Below, piece by piece: positions 48,875-59,866 of a stretch of DNA of 64,000 nucleotides (position 1 is its first letter; each line of letters opens with the position of its first letter). Position numbers and translations under genes: made by a program. The stretch lies in contig CAVVJX010000009.1 of the NCBI GenBank assembly GCA_963748675.1, positions 336,054-400,053 on the forward strand, given 5' to 3'. The notes below the pieces were generated by a model. It searched no databases. It worked only from the letters and a program-made list of their open reading frames with translations, and was not told the DNA's origin. The stretch comes from an uncultured Chloroflexia bacterium (GTDB taxonomy: Bacteria > Chloroflexota > Limnocylindria > Limnocylindrales > CSP1-4).

Positions 48875-48880
48875 TAGACT
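48875..48880 (+). promoter_or_regulatory. -10-like TAGACT, 8 nt upstream of ATG48889 (leaderless-type)
   Basis: CTAGACT-tcggcgcg-ATG, nearly identical to the site at 7856. Confidence 0.5.
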
Positions 48881-48888
48881 TCGGCGCG

Positions 48889-50061
48889 ATGCGACCTTCG
48901 ACGGATCTCGGCCAAGGCGGAACGCTTCACCGAGTCGGTCATCCGCGAGATGAACCGCCTGGCGGTGGCCCACGGCGCCGTCAGCCTCGCCCAGGGCTTC
49001 CCGGACTTCGCCTGCCCACCGGAGCTCAAGCGAGCCGTCGCCGAGGCGGTCGACGCCGACATCAACCAGTACGCGATCACGTGGGGCTCCAAGCCGCTGC
49101 GTGACGCGATCGCCGAGACGACCCCGCGGCACTTCCCGGGCTGGGGCGCGATCGATCCGGAGACGCAGGTCACGGTCACCTGCGGCGCGACCGAGGCGAT
49201 GATCGCCGCGATGCTCGGGCTCCTCGACCCGGGCGACGAGGTCATCGTCTTCGAGCCGTACTACGAGAACTACGGCCCCGACGCGATCCTGAGCGACGCC
49301 ACGCCGCGCTACGTGACGCTCCACGAGCCGGACTGGTCGATCGACCCGGACGAGCTGCGCGCGGCCTTCAACCAGAAGACCCGCGGCATCGTCGTGAACT
49401 CGCCGCACAACCCGACGGGCAAGGTCTTCACGCGCGACGAGCTCGAGCTCATCGCCGACCTGTGCCAGGAGCACGACGTCATCGCCTTCACCGACGACAT
49501 CTACGAGCACCTCGTGTTCGAGGGCGAGCACATCCCGCTGGCGACACTCCCCGGGATGGCGGAGCGGACCGTGTCGATCCACTCGATGTCGAAGACCTAC
49601 TCGGTGACCGGCTGGCGGATCGGCTGGACGATCGCCCCGGCCGACCTGTCGGTCGGCATCCGGCGCGTCCACGACTTCCTGACGGTCGGCGCCGCGGCCC
49701 CGCTGCAGGCCGCGGCCGTGACGGCGCTCGGGTTTCCGCCGCGCCTACTACGCGGACCTCGCTCGCGGGCTACCGCGAACGGCGCGACATCCTCGTCCCG
49801 GCGCTCGAGGCGGCCGGGTTCCGCGTCCATCGACCGGCCGGCGCGTACTACGTCATGACCGACATCCGCGACCTGACCGACGAGGACGACGTGGCCTTCG
49901 CCCATCGGCTCATCCGCGACCCGGGCGTGGCGGCGGTGCCGGGCTCGTCGTTCTTCTCGCGCCCGGAGCTCGGGCGGACGAAGCTGCGCTTCGCGTTCCC
50001 CAAGCGGCTCGAGACCCTGGAGGCCGCCGCGGCCCGACTCGCGCGCCTGGGCGCGGCCTAG
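48889..50061 (+). pseudogene. Class I/II PLP-dependent aminotransferase with at least 3 frame breaks as assembled
   Basis: MRPSTDL (frame of ATG48889), then SAKAERFTESVIREMNRLA...SMSKTYSVTGWRIGW (ORF 48950..49858), then AYYADLARG, then YRERRDILVPALEAAGFRV...KLRFAFPK (ORF 49462..50061). Breaks are at about 48.90, 49.74 and 49.77 kb. Confidence 0.75.
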
Positions 50062-51620
50062 CGAGCGACGGCGTCCGGGACGACCGAGCGCACGACCTCC
50101 TCGACGACCCGCCGCGTCTCGGGCCCGTCGTAGCGCAGCAACGGATCGGGGTCGAGCACCCGCTCCGCGACCGTCCCGCGGATGCGCGCTGTACAGGACC
50201 GGGTAGATCGCGCCGGTCCCGTCCGCCTCCAGCGTGAAGGCCAGCGCGTCGGGGCCGCCGGCGTCCAGGACGTGGCTGAGCGGCTGGACACCGTCGTCGA
50301 CGAGCCCGGCGTCCGGGTCGGCGGTGATGACTCGGGCGAGGTAGCCGCGCTGGTGCCACAGCTCCGGGCGCCTCGGCCAGCTCGCTCGTCACGAGGTCCA
50401 CGAGGTCGCGCGGCCGCGACGGACGGACGCTGCGGCGCGACCCCGAACCGGGTCGTCGCGAGACGACCCAGCGAGCAGGCGGGCGTTGTAGCGGGCCCCG
50501 TGGACCGCGCCCGAGTTGCTCGGCTGGCCGTGTCGCTGGAGGCCCTTCGCGCCCTGCCCGATCGTGCCCGCGAAGAAGAGTCCGGGCACGGTCGTGCTCT
50601 CCCACCACGGCGTCTGCGCCGGGCAGCCGGCTGGCACCGATCGTCGTGACGCCGAGGTCGGGCAGGTCCAGGAGCGGGCAGACGAACCCGGTCGCCGAGA
50701 TGACCTCGTCGACCTCGAGCGCAAGATCGCCGCCGCCGTCGGTGCGCCGCAGGTGGACCGCAAGGGCCCCGTCGCCGCCCGGCACCGGCTCGATGCGCTC
50801 GATCGCCGCGTCGAGGATGGCCACGCCGCCGCCGAGCACGTGGTCCTCGTACGGCTGCACGTACCGCGCCCGGACGCCGACCAGCGAGCGGGTCTCGACC
50901 GACAGGCGCGCCGTCGACGGCGAAGCGAGCACCAGCTGGCGCGCCCACGGCAGCAGGCCGTTGGCCAGCTCGAACCCGGAGTTCTGCTTGCCGATGATGA
51001 ACACGCGCTTGCCGGCGTAGCGTCTCGGCCGGCGCGGACGTCGGCGTAGTGGCGGCGCAGCTCCATGCCCGGGCCCGGCGGGGTGTACGGCTCGGCGACG
51101 CCGACCGCGACGATGAGCGCCTCGGCGCGGTACGTCGCCGTCGGTCGTCTCGACCACGAACCGGCGCCCGTCCGCGCCGTCCTCGCAGCCGCGTCGCCGT
51201 CCAGCGGCAGCCGTAGCGGACCGTGACGCGCGCCGCGCTCGGCGAAGGCGGCCAGGTTCGCCTCCATCTCGGGCCGGGACGGGAAGTACGAGGTGCCGTC
51301 CATGAACTCCGGCTGGAGCGCCCGCGTCTCGGCGTCGTCGCCCAGGAGGCTGTTCCAGTCGTAGCGCTCGTACGCGCGCGAGCCGCGCGGCGGCGGGCGC
51401 ATGCGGCTTCGTCCACGACAGCAGCCGCTGGAAGAACGGCCAGCGCCGGAACATGCCGCCCGGGCCCGGGTCGGCGGAGATCGACGGCGTGCCCGATCCC
51501 GAGCCGCGCCAGCGAATACGAGGCCTGCAGCCCGCCGGGTCCGGAGCCGATGACGACGACCGGGTAGTCGCCGGGTGGGTACGGGCGGTCGTCCGCGGCC
51601 GACCCCGTCAGCTCCGCCAT
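50058..51620 (-). pseudogene. FAD/NAD(P)-binding oxidoreductase (flavin monooxygenase-like) with many frame breaks as assembled
   Basis: MAELTGSAADDRPYPPGDYPVVVIGSGPGGLQ, MFRRWPFFQRLLSWTKP, YAGKRVFIIGKQNSGFELANGL..., TTVPGLFFAGTIGQGAKGLQRHG and a C-terminal ...LLRYDGPETRRVVEEVV lie in three alternating frames (ORFs 50058..52052, 49910..51454, 50389..51402). Confidence 0.65.
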
Positions 51621-52044
51621 CGGTTCGCCGCCCGCAGACGGCGTGCCTGCGCCTGGAGCATGCGGTACATGACGCGCGGATGGGCGATCAGGAACGGCTC
51701 GACCCGCGGCCCGCCGAGGACGAGGCAGCGCAGCGGCCGGGTCGCGACGATGTCGGCGATCGGCGGCCTCGCCGAGGAAGATCGAGACCTCACCGAAGAA
51801 GTCGCCGCGCGCCGAGACGGGCCCGCTCTGTCGCCGTCGACGACGACCGCCGACCTCGCCGTCGAGGATCACGTGGAAGCCCGACCCGGTGAGCCCCTGG
51901 CGGAGGACCTGCTCGCCCTCGGCGTAGGCGACCTCCTCGAACGTGTGGGCGACCCCTTCGAGCTGCGGCGACGACAGGTCCGCGAACAGCGCCGAAGCCG
52001 GCGATCGCGTCGATGAGTTCGTCCTGGCCGGCCATCGTCCGCAT
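51608..52044 (-). pseudogene. Cyclic nucleotide-binding (CAP effector) domain protein with frame breaks as assembled
   Basis: MAGQDELIDAI.., SALFADLSSPQLEGVAHTFEEVAYAEGEQVLRQGLTGSGFHVILDGEV, RGDFFGEVSIFLGEA and IADIVATRPLRCLVLGGPRVEPFLIAHPRVMYRMLQAQARRLR lie in different frames. Confidence 0.6.
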
Positions 52045-52197
52045 GGTGCCACGCGCGCCGTCGCGGCGTGCAGCGGCGTCCGTCATCATGCACGACACGA
52101 GCGACCTTGACGCTCCCCGTCGGGCGGCGCAGCATCACGACCGGGCGGAGGGCGGCATCGCCCACGCGACGATGAACGCGATGCCTGGAGGGACCCG

Positions 52198-52628
52198 ATG
52201 ACCCTGACCCGCGACCGCAGGACGGAGCTGCTGGCCGCCGCGCCCCTGCTGGCCGGCGTCGATGCGGCCGGGCTCGAGCGGATCGCGGATCGGACCGTCG
52301 AGGTCGACTTCACCGACGGTCATGTCATCGCCCGCCAGGGCGAGGTCGGGCACCGGGTTCTTCATGATCGCGAGTGGCGGCGCGCGGGTCGTCCGCGACG
52401 GCGCAGACGATCGCGACGCTCGGCCCGGGCGACTTCTTCGGGGAGCTGTCCGTGCTCGACGGCCAGCCACGGATCGCCCAGGTCGTCGCCCACGGCGAGA
52501 CCGACTGTCTCGCGCTCGCCACGTGGGACTTCGAGGCGGTCGTCAACGAGCAGCCATCGGTGGCCCTTGCGCTCTTGCGCGGCCTGGCCGGGCGTCTTCG
52601 GACGCTGACCGAAGCCGGCCGGCACTGA
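52198..52628 (+). pseudogene. Cyclic nucleotide-binding (CAP effector) domain protein with 2 frame breaks as assembled
   Basis: LLAGVDAAGLERIADRTVEVDFTDGHVIARQGEVG, then TGFFMIASGGARVVRDG, then TIATLGPGDFFGELSVLDGQPRIAQVVAHGETDCLAL... The pieces lie in ORFs 52198, 52262 and 52374. Confidence 0.7.
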
Positions 52629-52647
52629 CCGACCGCGAGACGCCACC

Positions 52648-55448
52648 ATGACCGGCACGTCGCGGCGCGTCCGGCGCGTCCGGCGCGTCCGGCCTCCGGC
52701 CCGCCGACCGGGACCGTCACCTGCCTGTTCAGCGACATCGAGGGCTCGACGCGACTCGAGCTCGAGCTCGGCACGGGCCGTATCGCGACATCCGCGAACG
52801 TCACCGCGAGCTGCTGCGGGCGGCCTTCGACGCCCACGGCGGGTACGAGCAGGGCACCGAGGGCGACTCGTTCTTCGTCGATCTTCCGCGGCGCGACCGA
52901 TGCGGTCGCGGCGGCCGCCGACGCGCAGCGAGCGCTCGCCGCCGAGCCGTGGCCGGACGGCGTCGCGGTCCGCGTCCGGATGGGCCTCCACACCGGCGAG
53001 CATCGAGGCGACCGGCGCCGACGTCATCGGGTATGCCATCAACCGGACGGCGCGGATCGCCGCGGTCGCCCACGGCGGCCAGGTCCTGCTCACCGACGCG
53101 ACCCGGTCGCTCGTCGCGGATCGCCTGCCCGACGGGCGTCACGCCTCCGCGACCTCGGGGAGCATCGGCTCAAGGACCTGCGGGCGCCCGAGCGTCTCGC
53201 CCAGCTCGTCATCGACGGGCTGCCCGCCGACTTCCCGCCGCCTGCGGTCGCTCGACGCGCGGCCGAACAACCTGCCGACCCAGCTGACGACGTTCGTCGG
53301 CCGCGACACGGAGCTCGCCGAGGCCGTCGGCGCTGCTGGCCGGCACCCGGCTGCTGACCCTGACCGGGCCCGGGCGGCACCGGCAAGACGCGGCTCTCGC
53401 TCGCAGGTCGCCGCGGCGGCCGCCGACGACTTCCCCGACGGGGTCTGGTTCGTCGCCCTCGAGCCGGTCCGCGACCCGGACGCTCGTCGCGCCGACGATC
53501 GCGCGGGCGCTCGGCGTGGCGGACAGCCGCAACCGCCCGCCGATCGACACGCTCGTCGACCACATCGGGGAGCAGCGGATGCTGCTCGTCCTCGACAACT
53601 TCGAGCAGGTCGTCGCCGCCGGGCCGATCGTCGCCGACCTCCTGCGGCGCTGCCCGAACCTCGACGTGCCTCGTCACGACCCGGATCGCGCTGCGGGTGT
53701 CGGGCGAGCAGGAGTACCCGGTCCCGGGCCTGCCTGCCCCGCCCGACACGAGCCGGCTGTCCGAGGTCGACCGACTCAACCTGCCGCGGGCGCTGCGCGA
53801 GTTCGACCTCGACGCGCTCAACCAGTTCGAGGCGGTCCGGCTGTTCATCGCGCGCGCCGCCGCGGTCAAGCCCGGGTTCGCGGTCACCAACGCGAACGCG
53901 CCGGCCGTCGCCGAGATCTGCGCCCGACTGCACGGCATGCCGCTCGCCATCGAGCTGGCCGCGGCGCGGATCAAGCTCCTGACGCCCGGACCAGATCCTC
54001 GCCCGGCTCGGAGCACCACCTCGCGCTGCTGACGGCCGGCTCGCGCGACCTGCCGGAGCGGCAGCAGACGCTGCGCGGCGCGATCGCGTGGAGCTACGAC
54101 CTGCTCGACGATGGCGCGACGACGGCTCTTCGACCGCCTGTCGGTCTTCCGCGGCGGCTGCGAGCTCGAGATGGCCGAGACGCGTCTGCGGCCCGTCGGA
54201 CGAGCTCGGGATCGACGTCTTCGACGGCCTCGACGCGCTCGTCGACCAGAGCCTGGTGCGCATCGACGAGGGCACCGGCGAGGAGCCGCCCGGTTCACGA
54301 TGCTCGAGACGATCCGCGAGTACGCCGCCGAGATGCTCGGCCGCGCGTGGCGAGGCCGACGCGATCGCGCGAGCGGCACGCGCACGCGATCCTGGACCTC
54401 GCCGAGCGCGCGACGCCGCATCTGACCGGGGCCGAGCAGCGGGCATGGCTCGATCGGCTGGAGCGCGACCACGACAACCTGCGCGCAGCGCTCGACTGGG
54501 CGACGGCCCGGCCCGACCCGGACCTGCGGTGCGCGGCTGGCGTTCGCGCTGTGGCGGTTCTGGCAGCAGCGCGGCTACCTGAACGAGGCGCGCGATCCGG
54601 TTCGAGGCCATGGCGGCGCAGGACTGGTCGCTCGACACCGTCGTGCGCCGCGCACTTCGCGGAGGCGTTCGGTGGGGTCGCCTACTGGCAGGCGGACCAC
54701 CCGACGGCCGAGCGCTGGTACGACGAGGCGCTCGCGGATCTGGCGCGAGCAGGGCGACAAGCGCGAGATCGCGAACGCGCTCTACAACGACGCCTACGCC
54801 GACATCCTGCCGCTCATGGGCCTGACCGGCGAGGCGCTGACCGAGGCGCAGAGGGCACCGCAGTACGCGCTCGGCCTCGAAAAGCTCGAGGAGGCGCTCG
54901 CGCTCTATCGCGAGGTCGGCGACCAGGCCGGCGAGGGGAACATCCTCTGGGCACTCGGGAGCTACCACTACTTCACGGCCGATGCAGCGCCCGCCGAGCA
55001 CTGGTACGAGGAGTCGCTCAAGCTGCATCGCGCGGCGGGTCATCGCACGATGGAGGCGTGGTCGCTGCACATGCTCGCCCTGGTCCAGATCGGCGTGGCC
55101 AAGTTCGACGACGCGCGCGCCAACGCCCGAGCGGCCCTTGTCCATTTCCGCGACGCAGGTGACGTCGCCGGCATCACGCTGATCCTCGACGACCTCGCGT
55201 CGATCGCGGTCAGTGCCGGGGACCCGCCGCGTGCCGGGCGACTGTTCGGGGCGGCGCGCCACCTACAAGCGACCAGTGGCACGACCCTCGCGATGTACGT
55301 GGAAGAGACCTATTCGCAGTTCAACGCCCCGTCGCCGCGGTCGGTGCTCAGCCCCGAGGACTTCGAGCGCTACGCCGCCGAAGGCGCGTCGATGGGCCTC
55401 GACGAGATCGTCGCGTACGCGCTGGAGGACCCGGCCCCCGTATCATGA
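52648..55448 (+). pseudogene. Class III adenylate/guanylate cyclase - STAND/AAA ATPase - TPR multidomain protein, heavily frame-broken as assembled
   Basis: Cyclase: GTVTCLFSDIEGSTRL, GTEGDSFFV, RVRMGLHTGE, GYAINRTARI. P-loop: LTGPGGTGKTRL. LLVLDNFEQV. LHGMPLAIELAA. TPR end (ORF 54672..55448). I count at least 10 frame switches in the first 760 bp alone. A 9-bp tandem (CGGCGCGTC x3) lies at about 52663-52690. Confidence 0.7.
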
Positions 55449-55660
55449 GCCGCGCGATGCTCGACGACCCGACGCGACCCTCGGCCCTTCCGCCGGTGCA
55501 GCCCATCCGGCTCCTCGAGGACCCTGACGCGCCGCCGGACGCGGTGGACCCCGGCCTCGTGATCCTGACGTGTGCCAACTGCGGAGCCGCGATGGACGAG
55601 CGCAAATGCAAGCTCATCTGCCGCTGCGGCTACTTCCTGTCCTGCTCGGATTACTTGTGA
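55445..55660 (+). CDS. Small Cys-rich (zinc-ribbon-like) protein
   Basis: ATGA overlap with the end of the TPR protein. C-terminus LTCANCGAAMDERKCKLICRCGYFLSCSDYL. Confidence 0.4.
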   Translation: MSRAMLDDPTRPSALPPVQPIRLLEDPDAPPDAVDPGLVILTCANCGAAMDERKCKLICRCGYFLSCSDYL

Positions 55661-55697
55661 CGTGCGTGCCCTGACCGGCCAGTCGACGGACGTGGAC

Positions 55698-55897
55698 CTA
55701 TTCCCCGGCTAGCCGCCCTCGCAACGCCATCACCAGCCGGGCCAACGCGATGATGAGCAGTGCACACCCGAGCAATGCCAGCACGTCCGGCACCGATGGT
55801 GACCGGCGGTAGAACATCGGCTGGATGGTGGCGGCCACGCGACGAACAGGAAGAGGAGCGCGAGACCGAGGGCCATCAGCAGAGCGGTCAGCTTCAT
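55698..55897 (-). pseudogene. Small two-TM membrane protein with one frame break near 55845 as assembled
   Basis: MKLTALLMALGLALLFLFV, then (frame shift) VAATIQPMFYRRSPSVPDVLALLGCALLIIALARLVMALRGRLAGE. TAGAGT (55905-55910, minus strand) is followed by N7 and the ATG. Confidence 0.4.
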
Positions 55898-56289
55898 CGC
55901 CCGCACTCTACTCTTCCACCGCCCCTGCATCGGTCGAATTCGGGCGCACACTGCCTCGCGTCGCTTGAACACCTGCTCCGACGACAACTGATCACCGAGG
56001 GTTCAGTTCGCGACCTACGGCGCCCGTGAGGCTGCCTTCCTCACGCCGTACAGGCGAGCGCGCACACGCCATACGCATCCGGGCCGATATCGGCCCGAAA
56101 ACGGGAGTCAGGCGGTCGCTCGTCGTGGATCGGGCAGGCGAAGTGACGGAAATGAACACCAGGCGATCACGGGCTGCACTTCGTGACGAATCGTCCTCGG
56201 AGGGGCAGCCCGGGGTCGCCCCGGGAACGGGACCAACACGGCTCGCGCTCCAGCCCGTCGCGTCCCTGACCCCCGCGGGTCGCCTCGGC

Positions 56290-56295
56290 TAGACT
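56290..56295 (+). promoter_or_regulatory. -10-like TAGACT, 9 nt upstream of ATG56305 (leaderless-type)
   Basis: Sequence reads CTAGACT-ggcgctccg-ATG. Confidence 0.5.
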
Positions 56296-56304
56296 GGCGC
56301 TCCG

Positions 56305-57190
56305 ATGACCGCCCAGCCCCTCCCCGATCCCGCCCCGTCCGGCCAGCCGCCGGCGCGCGAGAAGAGCGGCATCCCCAAGAACCCGGGCCGGCGCGACCTC
56401 GGGATGAAGGTCTCCCTGCTGTTCCCGGACCGGGAGATCGTCGAGAAGTTCTACGTCCCGGTCATCTACACGGCGTGTCGGACCTGCTACTCGGAGGAGG
56501 TTCCGGAGGAGATCTTCGCCAAGGCCGTCGACGGCGGCTACGACCCGGCCAAGATGCAGAAGCTGATCTCGTCGGTCATCGAATCGGGCCATGGCTCGAC
56601 CATCGAACACGTCGTCTTCACCTTCGCCATCACCGGCGTCTCGCGCACGCTGTCGCACCAGCTCGTCCGCCATCGCGCCGGCGTCGCCTTCGACCAGCAG
56701 AGCCAGCGCTACGTGAAGTTCAAGGGCGCGGCGACGATGCTGCCGCACTCGATCGCCGAGGGCGATCCGGCGCTCCGCGAGCAAGTACGAAGAGCAGATC
56801 GACGGCGCGCTGGGGCTGTACGGCGAGATGCTGGAGGCCGGCGTGCCGGGCGAGGACGCGCGGTTCGTCTTCCCGAACGCGACCCGGACCAACCTCGTGA
56901 TGACGACCAACCTGCGCGCGCTGATCCACATGTCGGGGCTGCGCCTGTGCACGATGGCCCAATGGGAGATCCGCCGGCTGTTCCAGCTGGTCCGCCACGA
57001 GATCTTCAGCGTGTCGCCGTTCCTCGGCTCGTTCCTGGCGCCCAAGTGCGTGCCGCTCGGCTACTGCGACGAGTTCAAGAACCGCGACGAGCACTGCCCG
57101 ATCCGACCGCACAAGGACAACGTGCTGGGCGCGTGGGCCGAGAAGGCCGCCGCCGCCCGGGCGGTCGGCCGGGAGCTGCCGCAGGCGTGA
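56305..57190 (+). pseudogene. thyX: FAD-dependent thymidylate synthase ThyX with one frame break near 56780-56790 as assembled
   Basis: ThyX motif LVRHRAGVAFDQQSQRY in ORF 56305..57864. It continues as KYEEQIDGALGLYGEMLEAGVPGEDARFVFPNATRTNLVMTTNLRALIHM... in ORF 56828..57190. Confidence 0.8.
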
Positions 57191-57864
57191 CGATCCGGCT
57201 CCAGTTCGACCGGATCCCCCCAGGGGTCGAGATCGGCCCGCATCGCCACGGGCTCGAGACCATCGTGTACGTCGCCGCCGGCGAGCTCGTGTTCGAGCAC
57301 GGCGAGGAGCTGGAACGACAGGCCGTCGTTCGTGCGGGCGATGTCCTGTACGAGGCGCCCGCGGAGCATCACCTCGTCCGCAACGAGGGCTCCGTCGACG
57401 CGCTGGCGCTCCTCGCCTCCGTCGACCCGGACCCGCGCCGTCCGGGCCTCCTCCTCCAGCGCTGGGACGGCGAGGACGAGCCGGTCCGCCGCGGCGGCGA
57501 CGCCGTCGTCATCGACGAGGCCGGGATCTCGCGCCGGCTCATCGTCCGGCCGGGTGACTTCGGCACCGCGACGTTCACGATCAGCGAGGTCGTGGTCGCC
57601 CCGGGTGCGGCGGACGCATGGCACCGCCACCCGGGCGCGGAGCACGCGATCGTGGTCTTCGAGGGTCGCGGGCTGGTCACGGTCGACGAGACGACCGAGA
57701 CGCTCGAGCCGCTGACCGGCATCCGCGTCGAGCCCGGACTCACGCACCGGGTCGAGAACACCGGGCGGTTGCCGCTGCGCTACTACGTCTGCTCGTCGCC
57801 CGGCACGGACCCGCTCGACGACCGCGAACCGGCCGAGGCGCCCCCGCGCACCCTGGACGCCTAG
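57187..57864 (+). CDS. Bicupin (two cupin domains) protein
   Basis: GTGA overlap with the thyX stop. GPHRHGLETIVYVAAGE and WHRHPGAEHAIVVFEGRG are cupin motif-1 copies. Confidence 0.65.
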   Translation: MTIRLQFDRIPPGVEIGPHRHGLETIVYVAAGELVFEHGEELERQAVVRAGDVLYEAPAEHHLVRNEGSVDALALLASVDPDPRRPGLLLQRWDGEDEPVRRGGDAVVIDEAGISRRLIVRPGDFGTATFTISEVVVAPGAADAWHRHPGAEHAIVVFEGRGLVTVDETTETLEPLTGIRVEPGLTHRVENTGRLPLRYYVCSSPGTDPLDDREPAEAPPRTLDA

Positions 57865-58988
57865 GCGCCCGCGAGCCAGGTCGCCGGCACGATCTCGAGG
57901 TCGCGCGTCTCGGCGTCGGGCGCCACGAACGCGAATGCGCGTCCCGCCTCCTCCTCGAGCTCGGCCCGCTGGGCGCCCTTCACGTCCGTGACGAGCTCGA
58001 TCGTCATCGTGGCCGCGCGCTTCTCGCGCTTGATCCGCCAGGCGCCCGAGATGAAGCCATCGATGAGGACGCCGCCACGCCAGATGAGGTCGGGCACCGC
58101 GATCCGTTCGATGAGGATCCGCGAGCGATCGTCATGCGACAGGAAGATGTTGTCGTACGTCGGCAGGAAGCGGATCGGTGCCGGCACGTCCGGGTCCACG
58201 AACAGCCCGTCCTCCACGTCGAACAGCTCCCGCCCTGCCTCGTCGCGGAACGTCCGAAGCCGAGGGCGCAGTCGCTCGACGACCTCGCGCAGCCCGGTCA
58301 GCCACGACCAGATCCGCATGTCGGACACCGTCGCCGGCCCGAATGCCGCGAGGTAGCGCAGGACGGCATCGTCCGCGGCCGTTGCGGGGTCCAGGGGGCC
58401 ACCGAGCCAGGCCTCGGCGGTCGTGTTCGTCGCGCGGCTCGTCTGCCGCCAGAGCCCGCGGGGCGGCACTTGGACAAGGGGCAGCAGGAAGCGGGCCGCG
58501 TAGGCCAGCGACGGTGCATCCCGGTCGGGCCAGCTCGGGGCGAGCAGCTTACCGAGCTCGGTCGGGGCGCGGGGCCGCTCCTCGAGCGTGAGGCGTGCCT
58601 GGGCGAGCACCGCCTCGAGATCGATCCCCGCCAGCTGTTTCGCGAACGGGCTGCTCCGAAAGGCTCGACGTAAGACGTCCGCCATGACGGGGTAGAGCGC
58701 CTTGGCATCGCGGGCGGTCACGAGGTGGAGCGTCGTGCGCATCAGACCGATCCGCACCGCGCGGCGCTGCTCGATCAAGGCGCTCAGGTCGTGTGGATCG
58801 AAGTCCTCGATCCGTGACCACAGCGCGAGGTACGGGTCGGGCGGTTCCTGCGCCTGCATCCCGACGAGGTGCTCGATGACGTCCTCGGCCGGGCGAGCGA
58901 CCCGCTCCAGGAGCAGTTGGCGACCCAGCAGGGTCCGGTTGAGGACGCGCCGCGAGAGGACCGGCGCCGTCGACTTCGCGGTCGCCAC
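57861..58988 (-). CDS. Winged-helix YcaQ/AlkZ-like family protein (DNA interstrand-crosslink glycosylase family)
   Basis: LNRTLLGRQLLLERV...VIEHLVGMQAQEP...RAVRIGLMRTTLHLV is the typical DUF1006/YcaQ N-terminus. GTG start. Confidence 0.7.
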   Translation of the reverse strand: MATAKSTAPVLSRRVLNRTLLGRQLLLERVARPAEDVIEHLVGMQAQEPPDPYLALWSRIEDFDPHDLSALIEQRRAVRIGLMRTTLHLVTARDAKALYPVMADVLRRAFRSSPFAKQLAGIDLEAVLAQARLTLEERPRAPTELGKLLAPSWPDRDAPSLAYAARFLLPLVQVPPRGLWRQTSRATNTTAEAWLGGPLDPATAADDAVLRYLAAFGPATVSDMRIWSWLTGLREVVERLRPRLRTFRDEAGRELFDVEDGLFVDPDVPAPIRFLPTYDNIFLSHDDRSRILIERIAVPDLIWRGGVLIDGFISGAWRIKREKRAATMTIELVTDVKGAQRAELEEEAGRAFAFVAPDAETRDLEIVPATWLAGA

Positions 58989-58989
58989 G

Positions 58990-59866
58990 TCAGTCGTCGG
59001 CGAGATCCACGAGGAAACGGCGGATCACGCGGGCCAGCCGGGGGCCAGCCTCCGCCCCCGATTCGAGGACCTCCTCGTGGGTCAGCGGGGCGCCCGTGTA
59101 CCCGGCACCGGCGTTCGTCACGAGCGAGACGCCGCACACCTCCAGGCCGACCCAGCGGGCAGCGATGCACTCGAGCACGGTCGACATCCCGACGGCATCG
59201 CCACCGAGCCCGGCGAGCATCCGGACCTCGGCCGGGGTCTCGTAGGTCGGTCCGGTGAGCCCGACGTACACGCCCTCCCGGAACTCCACGCCCTCCGCCA
59301 CGGCTGCGGCGTGCAGGCGTCGCCGGAGGCGCGGGCTCCACGCGTCGGTCAGGTCCGCGAAGCGCGGCCCGAGCTCGTCCGCATTCGGCCCCATCAGAGG
59401 CGATCGCCCGGTCAGGTTGATGTGGTCGGTCATGACCATGAGCGTGCCTGGACCGAACGACGGATCGAGACCACCCGCCGCGTTGGTCAGCACGACGATC
59501 TTCGCCCCCAGCGCCCCGAACAGCAGGACCGGCTGGATGACCAGGCCCGGGTCGTTGCCTTCGTACAGGTGGAAGCGGCCTTGCAGCATCACGACCGGCC
59601 GGCCGCCGAGACCGCCCGAGCAGCAGGCGTCCGGCATGGCCCGGAGCGGTCGCGGGCGGCCAGCCCGGCAGCTCCCCGAACGGGATGGCGACAGGGTCCT
59701 CGAGGTCGTCGGCGAGCCCGCCGAGGCCCGAGCCCAGGACGATCCCGACCTCGGGGACGAGCGGGGTGTGCTCGCGGACGGCGGCGACGAGCGCGGCGAT
59801 CCGGGCCGGCTGCTCCGCGGGCGGGATGGGACGCGTCGGATCGACGGTGGGTGTCGAGTGGGACAT
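58990..59866 (-). pseudogene. punA: Purine nucleoside phosphorylase (trimeric PunA type) with one frame break near 59620-59640 as assembled
   Basis: GIVLGSGLGGLADDL...FGELPGWPPATAPGHAGRLLLG (ORF 58784..60016) continues as GGRPVVMLQGRFHLYEGN...MSTVLE...VTN (ORF 58990..59637). GGAGG SD. Confidence 0.8.
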
